Source: Methanofastidiosum sp.
GTDB taxonomy: Archaea; Methanobacteriota_B; Thermococci; Methanofastidiosales; Methanofastidiosaceae
Direction: 5' to 3'
Length of the DNA stretch: 64,000 nt
Assembly (NCBI GenBank): GCA_035362715.1
Contig: DAOSDU010000006.1
Span: 29,151 to 93,150, forward strand
The position numbers and the translations under genes are program-made. The notes beneath the pieces were generated by a model that saw only the letters and a list, made by a program, of their open reading frames with translations, did no database searches and was not told the origin of the DNA. Every line of letters starts with the position of its first letter. The first letter of the stretch is position 1. This document shows positions 41,466 to 50,491 of the stretch, piece after piece.

Positions 41466-41520
41466 TTACTTACTACTTACTTACTACTATACTACATACT
41501 ACACTACACTACACTACACC
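41466..41520. repeat. Low-complexity tandem repeat (TTAC/TAC then ACTAC units)
   Basis: ttacttactacttacttactactatactacatactacactacactacactacacc read directly. Confidence 0.7.
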
Positions 41521-42003
41521 CGCTTCAGTGCAGATCTTTTCTTTTAGTTCTCCAGTGGAAATACAAAGACCATTTGAGAAGTTGTCCAAGACTCTCTGAT
41601 CGTTTAGGACATTATCAATTCCGGCCTCGGATATCTTCTTCTTGATTATAGGCCATACTGTAAATTCCCAGAGTTTCTGTTTCTCTATTTCAGATAATTG
41701 CTTTTCTTCAGTCTTATTTTTAGGGACAATCTCTTTATCAATCTCTTTTTTTGTTTCTTTTAGATTTTTCTTTGTCAATTCATCAATTTCTGCTTTTAAT
41801 CTTGTTGCTTCCAAAATAGCGCTTTCATATTTGTCTTTAGCCAATTCAAGCTCTGATTTGTTCATTTCTATATACTGTTTTAAGGCCTCAGTTATTGTAT
41901 CTGTAAATCCCTTCGATGAAACAGCGTAAGCCTTTTCCAAAAGATCTTCAGGGAGCCATGCTTGTATGAGCCGTTTTCCGTACCTTAACTGGCTTTTTCC
42001 CAT
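41509..42003 (-). CDS. Ribbon-helix-helix (CopG/Arc/omega-like) DNA-binding protein with C-terminal coiled coil
   Basis: N-terminal KRLIQAWLPEDLLEKAYAVSSKGFTDTITEALKQYIE fits RHH beta-alpha-alpha; iteron array lies directly upstream. Confidence 0.45.
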   Translation of the reverse strand: MGKSQLRYGKRLIQAWLPEDLLEKAYAVSSKGFTDTITEALKQYIEMNKSELELAKDKYESAILEATRLKAEIDELTKKNLKETKKEIDKEIVPKNKTEEKQLSEIEKQKLWEFTVWPIIKKKISEAGIDNVLNDQRVLDNFSNGLCISTGELKEKICTEAGVV

Positions 42004-42031
42004 ACTACACCCCCCTTATTTTCATTTTTTT

Positions 42032-42191
42032 TGTAAGTAAAACTGGCCCTAAAAATGGCACTTTGTAAGTAACCTGTAAGTAAAAAAGGCCAAAAAAGGG
42101 GGGTCTTGTAAGTGTCGCTGTAAGTAATTTTTGTATTGATTTACTTACAAAAGTGCAAAAGTGTAAGTAAATTCGCTCTTTCTGTAAGTAT
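42032..42191. repeat. Iteron array: 8 copies of TGTAAGTA(A) (7 direct, 1 inverted) within 160 bp
   Basis: Copies at 42032, 42064, 42075, 42107, 42119, 42141 (inverted TTACTTACA), 42162, 42183. Confidence 0.85.
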
Positions 42192-42195
42192 GAAA

Positions 42196-42657
42196 TCAAG
42201 GCACCACCCTGCATTTCACGATCTTTTCTATTGGCAGAAGTTCTGAGACCTTGATCACAAAGGTGTCGCAGGAGTAGGTGAAGTTCCCCTGCCTCTCCTT
42301 TTCCCCTTCTCTTTTGAGAACTGCCTTCTTCAGATATTCCTCCCTTGGCAAAGCTCCTGCAATTGTGAATCTTCGCTTTTTCTCATTGTAGAATACAAAG
42401 GCGTAGATATCGTTTTCAAGTGAAGCCTGGGCACTAGAAAGGTCCACGTTATAGTCGCTGCTGATTGGAAAGCACGTCCTCATAGTCTTGACGTCTACCC
42501 TCATGCCCTGGACGGTGACATCCCAGCGCTGCATCCTGTTTCTTGTTAGCCTTGCTTTCAACCCCTTATCCTTGCAGTGCTGCATGAAGGCCATCTCACC
42601 CTTTACTCCTACTAGCCTAGCCTGACGGCTGGGCGGGAAAATTGATGGTACAGACAC
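42196..42657 (-). CDS. Hypothetical protein, possible PD-(D/E)XK nuclease fold
   Basis: GEMAF...WDVTVQGMRVDVKT gives E...D...DxK arrangement reminiscent of Hjc/restriction-endonuclease-like fold; weak. Confidence 0.3.
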   Translation of the reverse strand: MSVPSIFPPSRQARLVGVKGEMAFMQHCKDKGLKARLTRNRMQRWDVTVQGMRVDVKTMRTCFPISSDYNVDLSSAQASLENDIYAFVFYNEKKRRFTIAGALPREEYLKKAVLKREGEKERQGNFTYSCDTFVIKVSELLPIEKIVKCRVVP

Positions 42658-43544
42658 TACGCATCAGCGCCTACAGGTTCTGCCTCAATCTTCATTTCTG
42701 TATACTCTTCTGATGAAACGAGGAACTCTGATTCAGGCCCGGTAGATAGATTGATATAGCCCTTCCTGTTGCGCCCCGTCTCTATGTTGGTCACTGTGAC
42801 TGTTAGCCCTACCAGCGGAGACTTGCTTTCCAAAGTCCTTATGCGCTCTAGCATTGGATTTGCTGGAACAACTTTTCCTGAATCAGTTTTATACATCGAA
42901 GTGTCGTAGCAGTTTAGCCAGATGCTGAATTTACCGTCGGTGAGCTCCACGCCTCTGGACTTAGCCCTATACTTATGCTCCCAAGAATAAGGCCTTTCGG
43001 TACTCAATTTATTGACCCTTGCAGTGAGCCTTTCTATTCGACCGTTTCTGATCTTTTGAGCCAATGACTTCTCCGAAAGATTGTCAAGCTCCTGCCACAA
43101 ATTGCCATCGGAATTTTCCCCATCAGGCTTCCAACCGTAAGACATTGCCGCAAGCCTAATAGCATCCTCTTCTTCGATGCCGTATCTTCCGCCCTTGTAC
43201 TCCTTTTCTATCGCCTTCTTGTACCAATCCGGATCATCCGGATGATGCTTCTTAGCGTAATCTACAAGATACTCCTCAGCATTTACGCTGTCTACAAAGG
43301 ACTGGCTGGGCTTTTTTAGAATAGAATTTTTCTTTTCTAGATCTAGTTTTACTAGAACTAATGCACTTTCTTCTGTCACCCCCTTTTCATCTTTTTTTAG
43401 GTCAACAAGACGGGAGAGCTCGTTAATCGAGATCCCGTGCTTGCTGCATATTTCCTGTTTTATTTCCTCATAGGCCATGTATGATGCACCTTTTAGAAGG
43501 GGCGTAAAGACTTTGACAATATCAGCTATACGCCTCCATAACAA
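42657..43544 (-). CDS. Hypothetical protein (295 aa)
   Basis: Stop overlaps start of downstream gene (coupled); no family recognized. Confidence 0.4.
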   Translation of the reverse strand: MLWRRIADIVKVFTPLLKGASYMAYEEIKQEICSKHGISINELSRLVDLKKDEKGVTEESALVLVKLDLEKKNSILKKPSQSFVDSVNAEEYLVDYAKKHHPDDPDWYKKAIEKEYKGGRYGIEEEDAIRLAAMSYGWKPDGENSDGNLWQELDNLSEKSLAQKIRNGRIERLTARVNKLSTERPYSWEHKYRAKSRGVELTDGKFSIWLNCYDTSMYKTDSGKVVPANPMLERIRTLESKSPLVGLTVTVTNIETGRNRKGYINLSTGPESEFLVSSEEYTEMKIEAEPVGADA

Positions 43545-43722
43545 TTTGGTAACTTATGATTAAAGGCATTTACAAGGCATTTTATGGTATTAAGATTTCA
43601 GTGCAATTATTATTTTGAAGATAATTATCTTTTTTGGAAACAGAACTGAATTAATTTTAATTAGAGCATTTGCAATAAGAAAAGATTGAAAGGGAAATCA
43701 AGAGGGTTAATTTAATTCTTTT

Positions 43723-44010
43723 TCAATCGTACATGAGATCTTTAGTATGATCATATTCAAAATTAGTAGACTTGCAGTTGGGACACCTTGGGGGAGCATC
43801 CATAGTATAGTTTCCTCCACACTCGCATTTTCCAGCATACTCTTCGAATGATCTGTATTTTGAGGGGGCTTCACGTAGTTCATAAAAGTACACGGTTTTT
43901 CCCTTGCCGCATTTGTCGCAGTGCAGGTCATGATTAGTGAATCCACCGCCTGTTTGAATTGAATATCTTGTGCCACAGTCCTTGCATATAGCTTCAGAAA
44001 TGCACCCCAT
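43723..44010 (-). CDS. Zn-ribbon protein with four CxxC pairs
   Basis: CKDCG...CDKCG...CECGG...CPNCK. Confidence 0.45.
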   Translation of the reverse strand: MGCISEAICKDCGTRYSIQTGGGFTNHDLHCDKCGKGKTVYFYELREAPSKYRSFEEYAGKCECGGNYTMDAPPRCPNCKSTNFEYDHTKDLMYD

Positions 44011-44128
44011 GCATAATTTGAAATGTTAATACTATTTATTGTTAACTGAAAAAATATCTTCAATAGGGTTATATAATTGTAAGATAAAAAATTATAAATA
44101 TTAATATAGACAATAAACAGGGATTAAA

Positions 44129-44377
44129 ATGAATGCGATGGTAGAAATTTGTCTTTATTGTAAGCATAGAAATAAAGATTGTGAGTTTGGGGAAAATATA
44201 CCAGATTTAATTTTAGTTGGCAGGTTTAATCATAAAATACCTATTTGGAAGGAAAAAATATTATTTGAATTTGACGATGATATTTCAGATGAGAAAAAAG
44301 AATATATAAATTTTGATTTTGTGGATAAAGAAAGGGCTACCAAAATTTTAAAAAATTTAAAAGGAAAGATTATTTAA
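44129..44377 (+). CDS. Hypothetical small protein with N-terminal CxxC
   Basis: 82-aa ORF, CLYCKHRNKDC. Confidence 0.3.
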   Translation: MNAMVEICLYCKHRNKDCEFGENIPDLILVGRFNHKIPIWKEKILFEFDDDISDEKKEYINFDFVDKERATKILKNLKGKII

Positions 44378-44670
44378 TAGGATAGTAATTACTGAAGCAC
44401 TTTTTTGGAGAACGGATTATTCTTCCATACGTATCATAGCAATTGGCAAATTAAACTAAAGACAATTAAGTATGCAATAAGAAAGAGTGAAAGAAAATTA
44501 GTTGGGATAATACTATTTATTGTTAACTGAAAAATAAAAGGCCCAGGTAAGGGGTATATAGGAGTGTGTGTAGCCATAATCCCGGACCTAATCAATTCTG
44601 GGCTTGGCAATATTAAGGGCTAATCCTAGGGAATTTGTATTTATCATTATAATGACTAAAGATGCTCACC

Positions 44671-45417
44671 CTACATGTTTTCATCGGACCATTTCTCGGT
44701 ATCAAAACTTGAGAATATTGCTGCGTCAAGAACGCATGGTGATATACCGCATGCATTACATATTTGTTGAAATCCTTCAGAAACAAAGTTAAAATAATTC
44801 CTGTCTGCCAATGTTGCAGCCGATAATGCTATTGGAAAACCAAATTCCTTAAGCCACTTTGTAATTCTGCTGTCTATGGGCACTTCATATCTTGTCAATC
44901 CAAGACCTAGAAGCAGATTTCGTGATTGCTTCGGCCCAAAGCCCCTCAAATTATCTATCAAGACATCGACGCATTCAAGTTCTGTTTCCTTTGAAGGCCT
45001 TTTTTTTAAGTCTCCAATAATTCTAAATATCTCTTCCCATCCACCGTTATTAAGCCAGTTATAGTTAAGCGATGCTTCCTCCGAAATTGATTTACCCCGG
45101 CGGATACCCCCAAAATCAGTAATTGTTTTTTCAATGAACCTTTTTAGGTCATGCTGGTGGCTACATATTGAATAATCCAAGAGAAAAGGTTTGGTGCAAA
45201 CGAATTTTGTAATTGGGCTACTTGGGCCAGATCTTTGCTGAGTTGATAGAAGACATGTGATCATTTCCTTCCAAAATATCTCTTTCGTGACTTCAGGGAT
45301 ATTTCCATTAATATTCCTTTTAATTCGATTTAACACTAAAGGATTATCTTTATGCATTTCGTAAAATGCCTTAACTTTTGAAATATCTGAATCTGTGACA
45401 ATCCAATCGATTTTCAT
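44671..45417 (-). CDS. HhH-GPD superfamily DNA glycosylase/AP-lyase-like protein (Ogg/AGOG/EndoIII-like)
   Basis: Helix-hairpin-helix LRGFGPKQSRNLLLGLGL followed about 19 aa later by PIDSRI (Lys...Asp spacing as in bifunctional HhH-GPD glycosylases); 248 aa. Confidence 0.45.
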   Translation of the reverse strand: MKIDWIVTDSDISKVKAFYEMHKDNPLVLNRIKRNINGNIPEVTKEIFWKEMITCLLSTQQRSGPSSPITKFVCTKPFLLDYSICSHQHDLKRFIEKTITDFGGIRRGKSISEEASLNYNWLNNGGWEEIFRIIGDLKKRPSKETELECVDVLIDNLRGFGPKQSRNLLLGLGLTRYEVPIDSRITKWLKEFGFPIALSAATLADRNYFNFVSEGFQQICNACGISPCVLDAAIFSSFDTEKWSDENM

Positions 45418-45425
45418 CTTAACAC

Positions 45426-45845
45426 CTAGTCCATCTCATCCCTTATTTCCTTTAATCTTTTTAATATGTCAAGGACTAATCCATTCTCAATTGAGGCGGC
45501 AATAAAGCCCCCGCCCATAGTAAGCCTATCTCCTGCTAAGATCTTTTTGAATAAAGCCCTAATGTCCAGTATATTAGCTTCTGACAAGGGAATCGCTCTA
45601 TTAAGTAATAAAGATATATGATTCCCATCTCTACGCTCTCCTTTACGGCCTACATAACTGGTGGTAAAATTTTCCTTGTAGAGCGTATGCAGAAAATTGA
45701 TAACTTCTGCTGAATCCTCCACCCAGCAATCCACTACAGTAAAGAATATATTGTCTTTGTTTTCAAAATACGGCATGAACTCTAAGACCTTGTCTATGTT
45801 TTCCTTTGTTATTGGGATTGAGTTTTCTATTAGGTGCATTTTCAC
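45426..45845 (-). CDS. Hypothetical protein (139 aa) in operon between nuclease and glycosylase
   Basis: Tight spacing (8-9 bp) to both neighbours. Confidence 0.4.
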   Translation of the reverse strand: MKMHLIENSIPITKENIDKVLEFMPYFENKDNIFFTVVDCWVEDSAEVINFLHTLYKENFTTSYVGRKGERRDGNHISLLLNRAIPLSEANILDIRALFKKILAGDRLTMGGGFIAASIENGLVLDILKRLKEIRDEMD

Positions 45846-45903
45846 CAGAACATATCTTAACTTTACCTCTATAATGATTTAGGATTTATTAAATAAAGAA
45901 AAT

Positions 45904-46938
45904 TCAGTATTTGTCTTTTATTTTGAAATCCACCACATAGTATTTTAATTCTACCAGGTTATTTATCGCATCCACAGCATACTGAAGTCTTTCATCTGGC
46001 TCGTTTACTATTATTATTCCCCTCACTTTAGAGCCATAATTTTTCTTCACCCAGCCTATATACCTTAATATCTGGCCCACCACTTCATCGTTTTTCCGGC
46101 CTTTCTTGAGCTCAATTACGACTTGATTTCCCCTGTTGTCCTTGCAAAGGAGGTCTATCCTCCCAACTTCTTTTGTATCGTACTCTTTCCTTACGTCAGT
46201 GAATCCTTTCTCAATGGCCGAAGGATTCATTGACAGGAAATCCCTTAAATCATTTTCAATTGAAATTGAGCCATAAGCTTTTAATGCTTCTTCTGGGCCA
46301 CCGTCTTCTTCATCATAACCATACCAAAGAATATCAGACAACAGGTAATAATTTTCTAAGTTCAATAGTTCTTTAGCTGATTGAAAAATAATAAAATCTC
46401 TCAAATACTCTATTGTTCTGTCAAAATACTTATTATCCGCGGAAACATTAAACATACTTAAGGCATCTTCTCTCGCTGCCTCATCTTGTTCGGAACTTAT
46501 ATTCATTGCTTCTTTATTTTGTGCCGTAATAATTGGATATTTGAAGTTGTCAGAAGCAGTTAAAAAATGTGATAATGTGTGGACCCCCATGCCTTTCAAT
46601 CTAAGGAAATTATCTATCCTTTCAGGGAATAATTGTTCATCCCCGTGTATTAAATATCTAAGATGTGAATTGAACTCTTTTATATTGTCTCGGTACAATA
46701 GATTTGACAAATTCCTGTTAGAAACTAGAATCCTCATTTTTTTAAATAGATGAAAGAAAGTATCCGAGTCCATATCTTTTTCATTGATGAATTCTATGTC
46801 ATGCAAAATCTTTTTGCATTCATTTTGCGCTTCATCTTGTATAGGTCTCAAATTTTTGACTTTTTCTGTATTAAGACTATTATTTTTATAAGATTGTAGA
46901 ATTTCTATTTGCTCAGGTGTAAATTCAAATTTAGACAT
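45904..46938 (-). CDS. Protein with C-terminal YhcG/DUF1016-like PD-(D/E)XK nuclease domain and unknown N-terminal domain
   Basis: GRIDLLCKDNRGNQVVIELKKGRKNDEVVGQILRYIGW matches DUF1016 core (IDLL..D..VVIELK.G....D..GQL..Y). Confidence 0.5.
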   Translation of the reverse strand: MSKFEFTPEQIEILQSYKNNSLNTEKVKNLRPIQDEAQNECKKILHDIEFINEKDMDSDTFFHLFKKMRILVSNRNLSNLLYRDNIKEFNSHLRYLIHGDEQLFPERIDNFLRLKGMGVHTLSHFLTASDNFKYPIITAQNKEAMNISSEQDEAAREDALSMFNVSADNKYFDRTIEYLRDFIIFQSAKELLNLENYYLLSDILWYGYDEEDGGPEEALKAYGSISIENDLRDFLSMNPSAIEKGFTDVRKEYDTKEVGRIDLLCKDNRGNQVVIELKKGRKNDEVVGQILRYIGWVKKNYGSKVRGIIIVNEPDERLQYAVDAINNLVELKYYVVDFKIKDKY

Positions 46939-47261
46939 GCATTATAATATAATATTCAATATAAATATTTATTGTCTAGTTAATTAATATGATAATATTT
47001 TCTTTAGTAGAATTAAATAAGTTATAAAGTAATTTACTATTTTCATGGGGGGGCCAAAAATAATTTTTGTACCCATTGAGAAATTATTCTAATTGGCTCC
47101 CACATTAGATTATATGGTACATTTAAATAAGTATAGTTCTCCCGATTTATGGAATCATTTATAGTTAAAATTAAAATAGATTTTCGATATAGAGACATAG
47201 TAGACTAGGATATACTTATATTCATATTACTCCCATCCACTTATTAAGAGAATGATTTAAT

Positions 47262-47792
47262 ATGTCTGATATTTTAGGAAAGCAATGCCCAAGCTGCGGG
47301 ATTAAATTTGTCATGGAACTTGAAAAATGCCCTATATGTAATGTTTATTTAGATCTTATAAGTGATACAAAAGTTTTTGATAGCAGTGGCTTCACTAAAG
47401 ACGGCTTTGACAAGTATGGCTATGATGAAAAAGGCTACGATAAACATGGATTTGATAGAGACGGTTATAACAAAGCAGGATACTCCAAAGCGGGTTTTGA
47501 TAGAAATGGATTCAATAAACAAGGCATCCATAGATACACAGGCAGAAAATTTAACTTTCAAAATATTGATCAAAATGGCTACGATGACAAGGGATTTGAT
47601 AAAGAAGGGTATAACAGAAATGGCTTTGATAGGTTTGGCAGGGATAAAGACGGCTTTGACAAGGACGGGTACGACAAAAAAGGATTTGACAGAAACGGCC
47701 TTCACAGAAACGGGACAAGATATGGATATAACGGCTTTGACAAGGATGGCTATGATAAGGAAGGATACGATAATAAAGGAATTAAAAAATAA
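47262..47792 (+). CDS. Zn-ribbon protein with about 25 tandem 5-residue repeats G-[FY]-[DN]-[KR]-x
   Basis: CPSCG..CPICN then GFDKDGYDKKGFDRNGF... ; other frames of same repeats give low-complexity ORFs. Confidence 0.4.
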   Translation: MSDILGKQCPSCGIKFVMELEKCPICNVYLDLISDTKVFDSSGFTKDGFDKYGYDEKGYDKHGFDRDGYNKAGYSKAGFDRNGFNKQGIHRYTGRKFNFQNIDQNGYDDKGFDKEGYNRNGFDRFGRDKDGFDKDGYDKKGFDRNGLHRNGTRYGYNGFDKDGYDKEGYDNKGIKK

Positions 47793-47809
47793 AATCAAAT
47801 ATATAAAAT

Positions 47810-48424
47810 TTATAATTGAACAATCATTTTATTAGATGATTGCCATAGGTACCAAACAGCAATAGTACTATATGGGCCCCATTTTGAAGTTATACTATAA
47901 ATTTGTTCTTTAGATATATTTTTTATCCCATATGATCTCTCCAAGGCTCTAAGAAATCCTATATCATCCAAGGGTAAAACATCAAGCCTATTCATTGAAA
48001 AAATTAAAAACATCTCGGCTGACCACCTACCCAATCCTTTTATTTTTGTCAAGTATTCAATGATCTCTTGATTCGATAAATTATTAAAAAATTCGTCATC
48101 GACTCTATACGTTAAGAAGTGCATAGACAATCCGAGTATGTACTCAATTTTTCTTTCAGATATTCCAGCTTCTTTGAATCGATCTATTGAAATCTCCAAT
48201 ATGGCCTCTGGGGAGGGATTATTATTAATTACTTCCAAAAACCTTTTGTATATTGTATTTGCAACCCTTATAGATAGTTGCTGATGGATTATTATCCTTA
48301 CCAAAGAACTAAAATAGTTATTATTCTTTGAGAGTAAACATTCCCCTATGTCATCAATTATCTTTGATAAGACTGGATCCCTTGATTTTAAGTGATCAAT
48401 GGATTCTTTATACTCAGTTTTCAT
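47810..48424 (-). CDS. AlkA-like 3-methyladenine DNA glycosylase (HhH-GPD)
   Basis: IKGLGRWSAEMFLIFSMNRLDVLPLDDIGFLRAL matches AlkA HhH-GPD catalytic region. Confidence 0.65.
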   Translation of the reverse strand: MKTEYKESIDHLKSRDPVLSKIIDDIGECLLSKNNNYFSSLVRIIIHQQLSIRVANTIYKRFLEVINNNPSPEAILEISIDRFKEAGISERKIEYILGLSMHFLTYRVDDEFFNNLSNQEIIEYLTKIKGLGRWSAEMFLIFSMNRLDVLPLDDIGFLRALERSYGIKNISKEQIYSITSKWGPYSTIAVWYLWQSSNKMIVQL

Positions 48425-48519
48425 GATTGCCCCTATGAGTAATAAAAAATTAATATGTCTTTCTATTATCAGGATTTTTTGAGTAAACTTCTTAAATAAG
48501 GAATAATTAAATAGTTCGG

Positions 48520-49677
48520 ATGGAAGAATACGAGTATATTTCTCTTAAATTGCTTGAAGCTGCTATTAATCAAGAAATAAATACTTTTCTAGAGGAAGTG
48601 AAAAAATATAATTTTGATGAATTATTGAGATTTGTTTCTAAACAGGAAACGGGAAGAGGCGGATCTAAAGAAGAGGGAGAAAATAAAAACTTCGAGTATA
48701 AGACCCACGAAGTAGTTAGATATTACCAAAAACTTAGACTTGGCAAAGACGTCTCTAAATATTCTAGCGAAGCTGATAGATTAAAATATGAACTTAGATG
48801 GAAAATTGCAAGTGCTCCTTTTTTTTCAAAAGCCACAGAACACCTTGTCTACGATAGCATAACTAAATACTTGCTTAAAAACAATATTGGATATAAACAC
48901 TATTACTCCCCAAATGCATCAGATTTTGCCATAATTATAGAAAAAGAAGATATTCTAAAATTAATAAAACTACTAGATCTTGATATTACTTTGCCAGATT
49001 CAGATTATAATGGCATTGTGATGCATGTCGATGCTAAAAGTGTATCCGCTTTACTTAATCTTAATGATAGGCTTGTAAAGGCCGAAGCTTCAGGTAGGGA
49101 AAAAAGAGAATTAGGTCAATGCACTGCCAACTGGAATCAAATATCCTACATACCTAAAAAGTTGGAAGATGCTTTGAGAAAATATGATGATGAATTCAAA
49201 CATAAAAAACATGAAGTTTTGCCCCAATTTATATCAATCAATAGTTCAAAATATTATACTGTTACTAATTTTGTTAGTTGCCTGTCTTACCTACCCAAAG
49301 GCTCCACTTTTTTTAAAGATGATCTTGATACCCTAGATACCAGTTACTTTTCATTTGTTTTTTGCGTGATTTCAGTGCCAAACGGAATATTAAAAGATCG
49401 ATTCTATGATGAATTCTTTGGAGGGGTCAAAAATGGGTACGATAAGACCCTTGATCAAAAATATCCTTTTGATTCTAGGATATACATTAAAAGTTCAAAA
49501 GAAGAATATTTAGTATTCAAAAATTTAGAGGAAATGCCTAAAAGATTTTTCTATATGCCAGAAACGGAAAATGAATTTCAAGTAATGGTACTCACTAAAG
49601 GAGAAGTTATGACAAAAAAATTTATTTTAAATAAATCAACATCAAATAATTATAAACTAGATAAGTTTATTGGGTGA
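48520..49677 (+). CDS. Hypothetical protein, paralog 1 of three (degenerate PD-(D/E)XK-like core plus shared C-terminal module)
   Basis: About 40% identity to 50492..51550 along most of length; SPNASDFAIIIEKE segment; shared (I/V)(S/N)(I/V)PNG C-module. Confidence 0.5.
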   Translation: MEEYEYISLKLLEAAINQEINTFLEEVKKYNFDELLRFVSKQETGRGGSKEEGENKNFEYKTHEVVRYYQKLRLGKDVSKYSSEADRLKYELRWKIASAPFFSKATEHLVYDSITKYLLKNNIGYKHYYSPNASDFAIIIEKEDILKLIKLLDLDITLPDSDYNGIVMHVDAKSVSALLNLNDRLVKAEASGREKRELGQCTANWNQISYIPKKLEDALRKYDDEFKHKKHEVLPQFISINSSKYYTVTNFVSCLSYLPKGSTFFKDDLDTLDTSYFSFVFCVISVPNGILKDRFYDEFFGGVKNGYDKTLDQKYPFDSRIYIKSSKEEYLVFKNLEEMPKRFFYMPETENEFQVMVLTKGEVMTKKFILNKSTSNNYKLDKFIG

Positions 49678-50446
49678 TTTTATTTTTATATCTGATTTAG
49701 ACTTAGAAAGATTGGAAGAAAAATATTTGAATATTATTTATAATCAATTATATATAAACATAAATCCAGTAATTAAAGGGATTATGTCACGAGACAAAAT
49801 AACAATATATTGGAAAGAGAAATTTGCTAATCAATCAGAACAGAAAATAACTTCAGACATTGCAAAAGGCGCCGAAAGAATTTTTTCACATTATATGGTA
49901 GAAGAATGGGAACCAAATTCTTGCCCTATTGGGTCTGACTTATTCTATAAGACAAATAATGCATATGTGCATATTGAAATTAAAACGGCAAGAGTAAATA
50001 GCAGAACTCAAGATTATAAAGGTTTATGTCCTGTTAGCAAAAACCAGACTAGCTATTGTGCAACTGAATCCTACACAAAAAGAACTATGATTAAAACAAT
50101 TCCAAATTTACCTTATTCTTATTTTGAATATCCTTGTCTAACTTATGCCATACAAACGATATATGATCCAGATAATAATTATTCTACTTTAGCTGTACTT
50201 TTAATTAGTATTCCAAATGGCCAATTATTCAATATTTATGGTAATAATATAGCAAAAGCTGGAAAGTTGAAAAATGAATCTTTTAGATATGTATATTCAA
50301 GGAATCCGTATTTTGAAAAAATAAAAAAATGTACCCCATGTTCACCTCACCGAGTTAAATTCATTTATTTTAACGAAGGATATATTTTAGACAATGAAAG
50401 TCCCATTACAAAAGAATTTATTACTGGTCGCAATGATATACTTTAG
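49670..50446 (+). CDS. Putative PD-(D/E)XK restriction endonuclease-like protein sharing C-terminal module with flanking paralogs
   Basis: CPIGSD(x13)HIEIK: classic PD...ExK; C-terminal ISIPNG module shared with neighbours. Confidence 0.45.
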   Translation: MGDFIFISDLDLERLEEKYLNIIYNQLYININPVIKGIMSRDKITIYWKEKFANQSEQKITSDIAKGAERIFSHYMVEEWEPNSCPIGSDLFYKTNNAYVHIEIKTARVNSRTQDYKGLCPVSKNQTSYCATESYTKRTMIKTIPNLPYSYFEYPCLTYAIQTIYDPDNNYSTLAVLLISIPNGQLFNIYGNNIAKAGKLKNESFRYVYSRNPYFEKIKKCTPCSPHRVKFIYFNEGYILDNESPITKEFITGRNDIL

Positions 50447-50491
50447 TTTTATACCGATAACTCTATATTCTTTTGTCAGTTCGATAAATCG

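Noticed and set aside
42657-43544. 295-aa island protein considered as integrase candidate
   Set aside because: No tyrosine-recombinase (R..HxxR..Y) or serine-recombinase motifs recognizable; left as hypothetical
43707-44063. 118-aa ORF overlapping the Zn-ribbon gene 43723..44010 in another frame
   Set aside because: The alternative frame encodes four regularly spaced CxxC pairs (clear Zn ribbon), so that frame is preferred
47349-47835. Alternative-frame ORFs (47349..47798 minus; 47362..47835 plus) over the pentad-repeat gene
   Set aside because: Generated by the same DNA repeats; the chosen frame has an N-terminal Zn ribbon and sensible start context, others are hydrophobic or low-complexity with no start context; cannot be fully excluded
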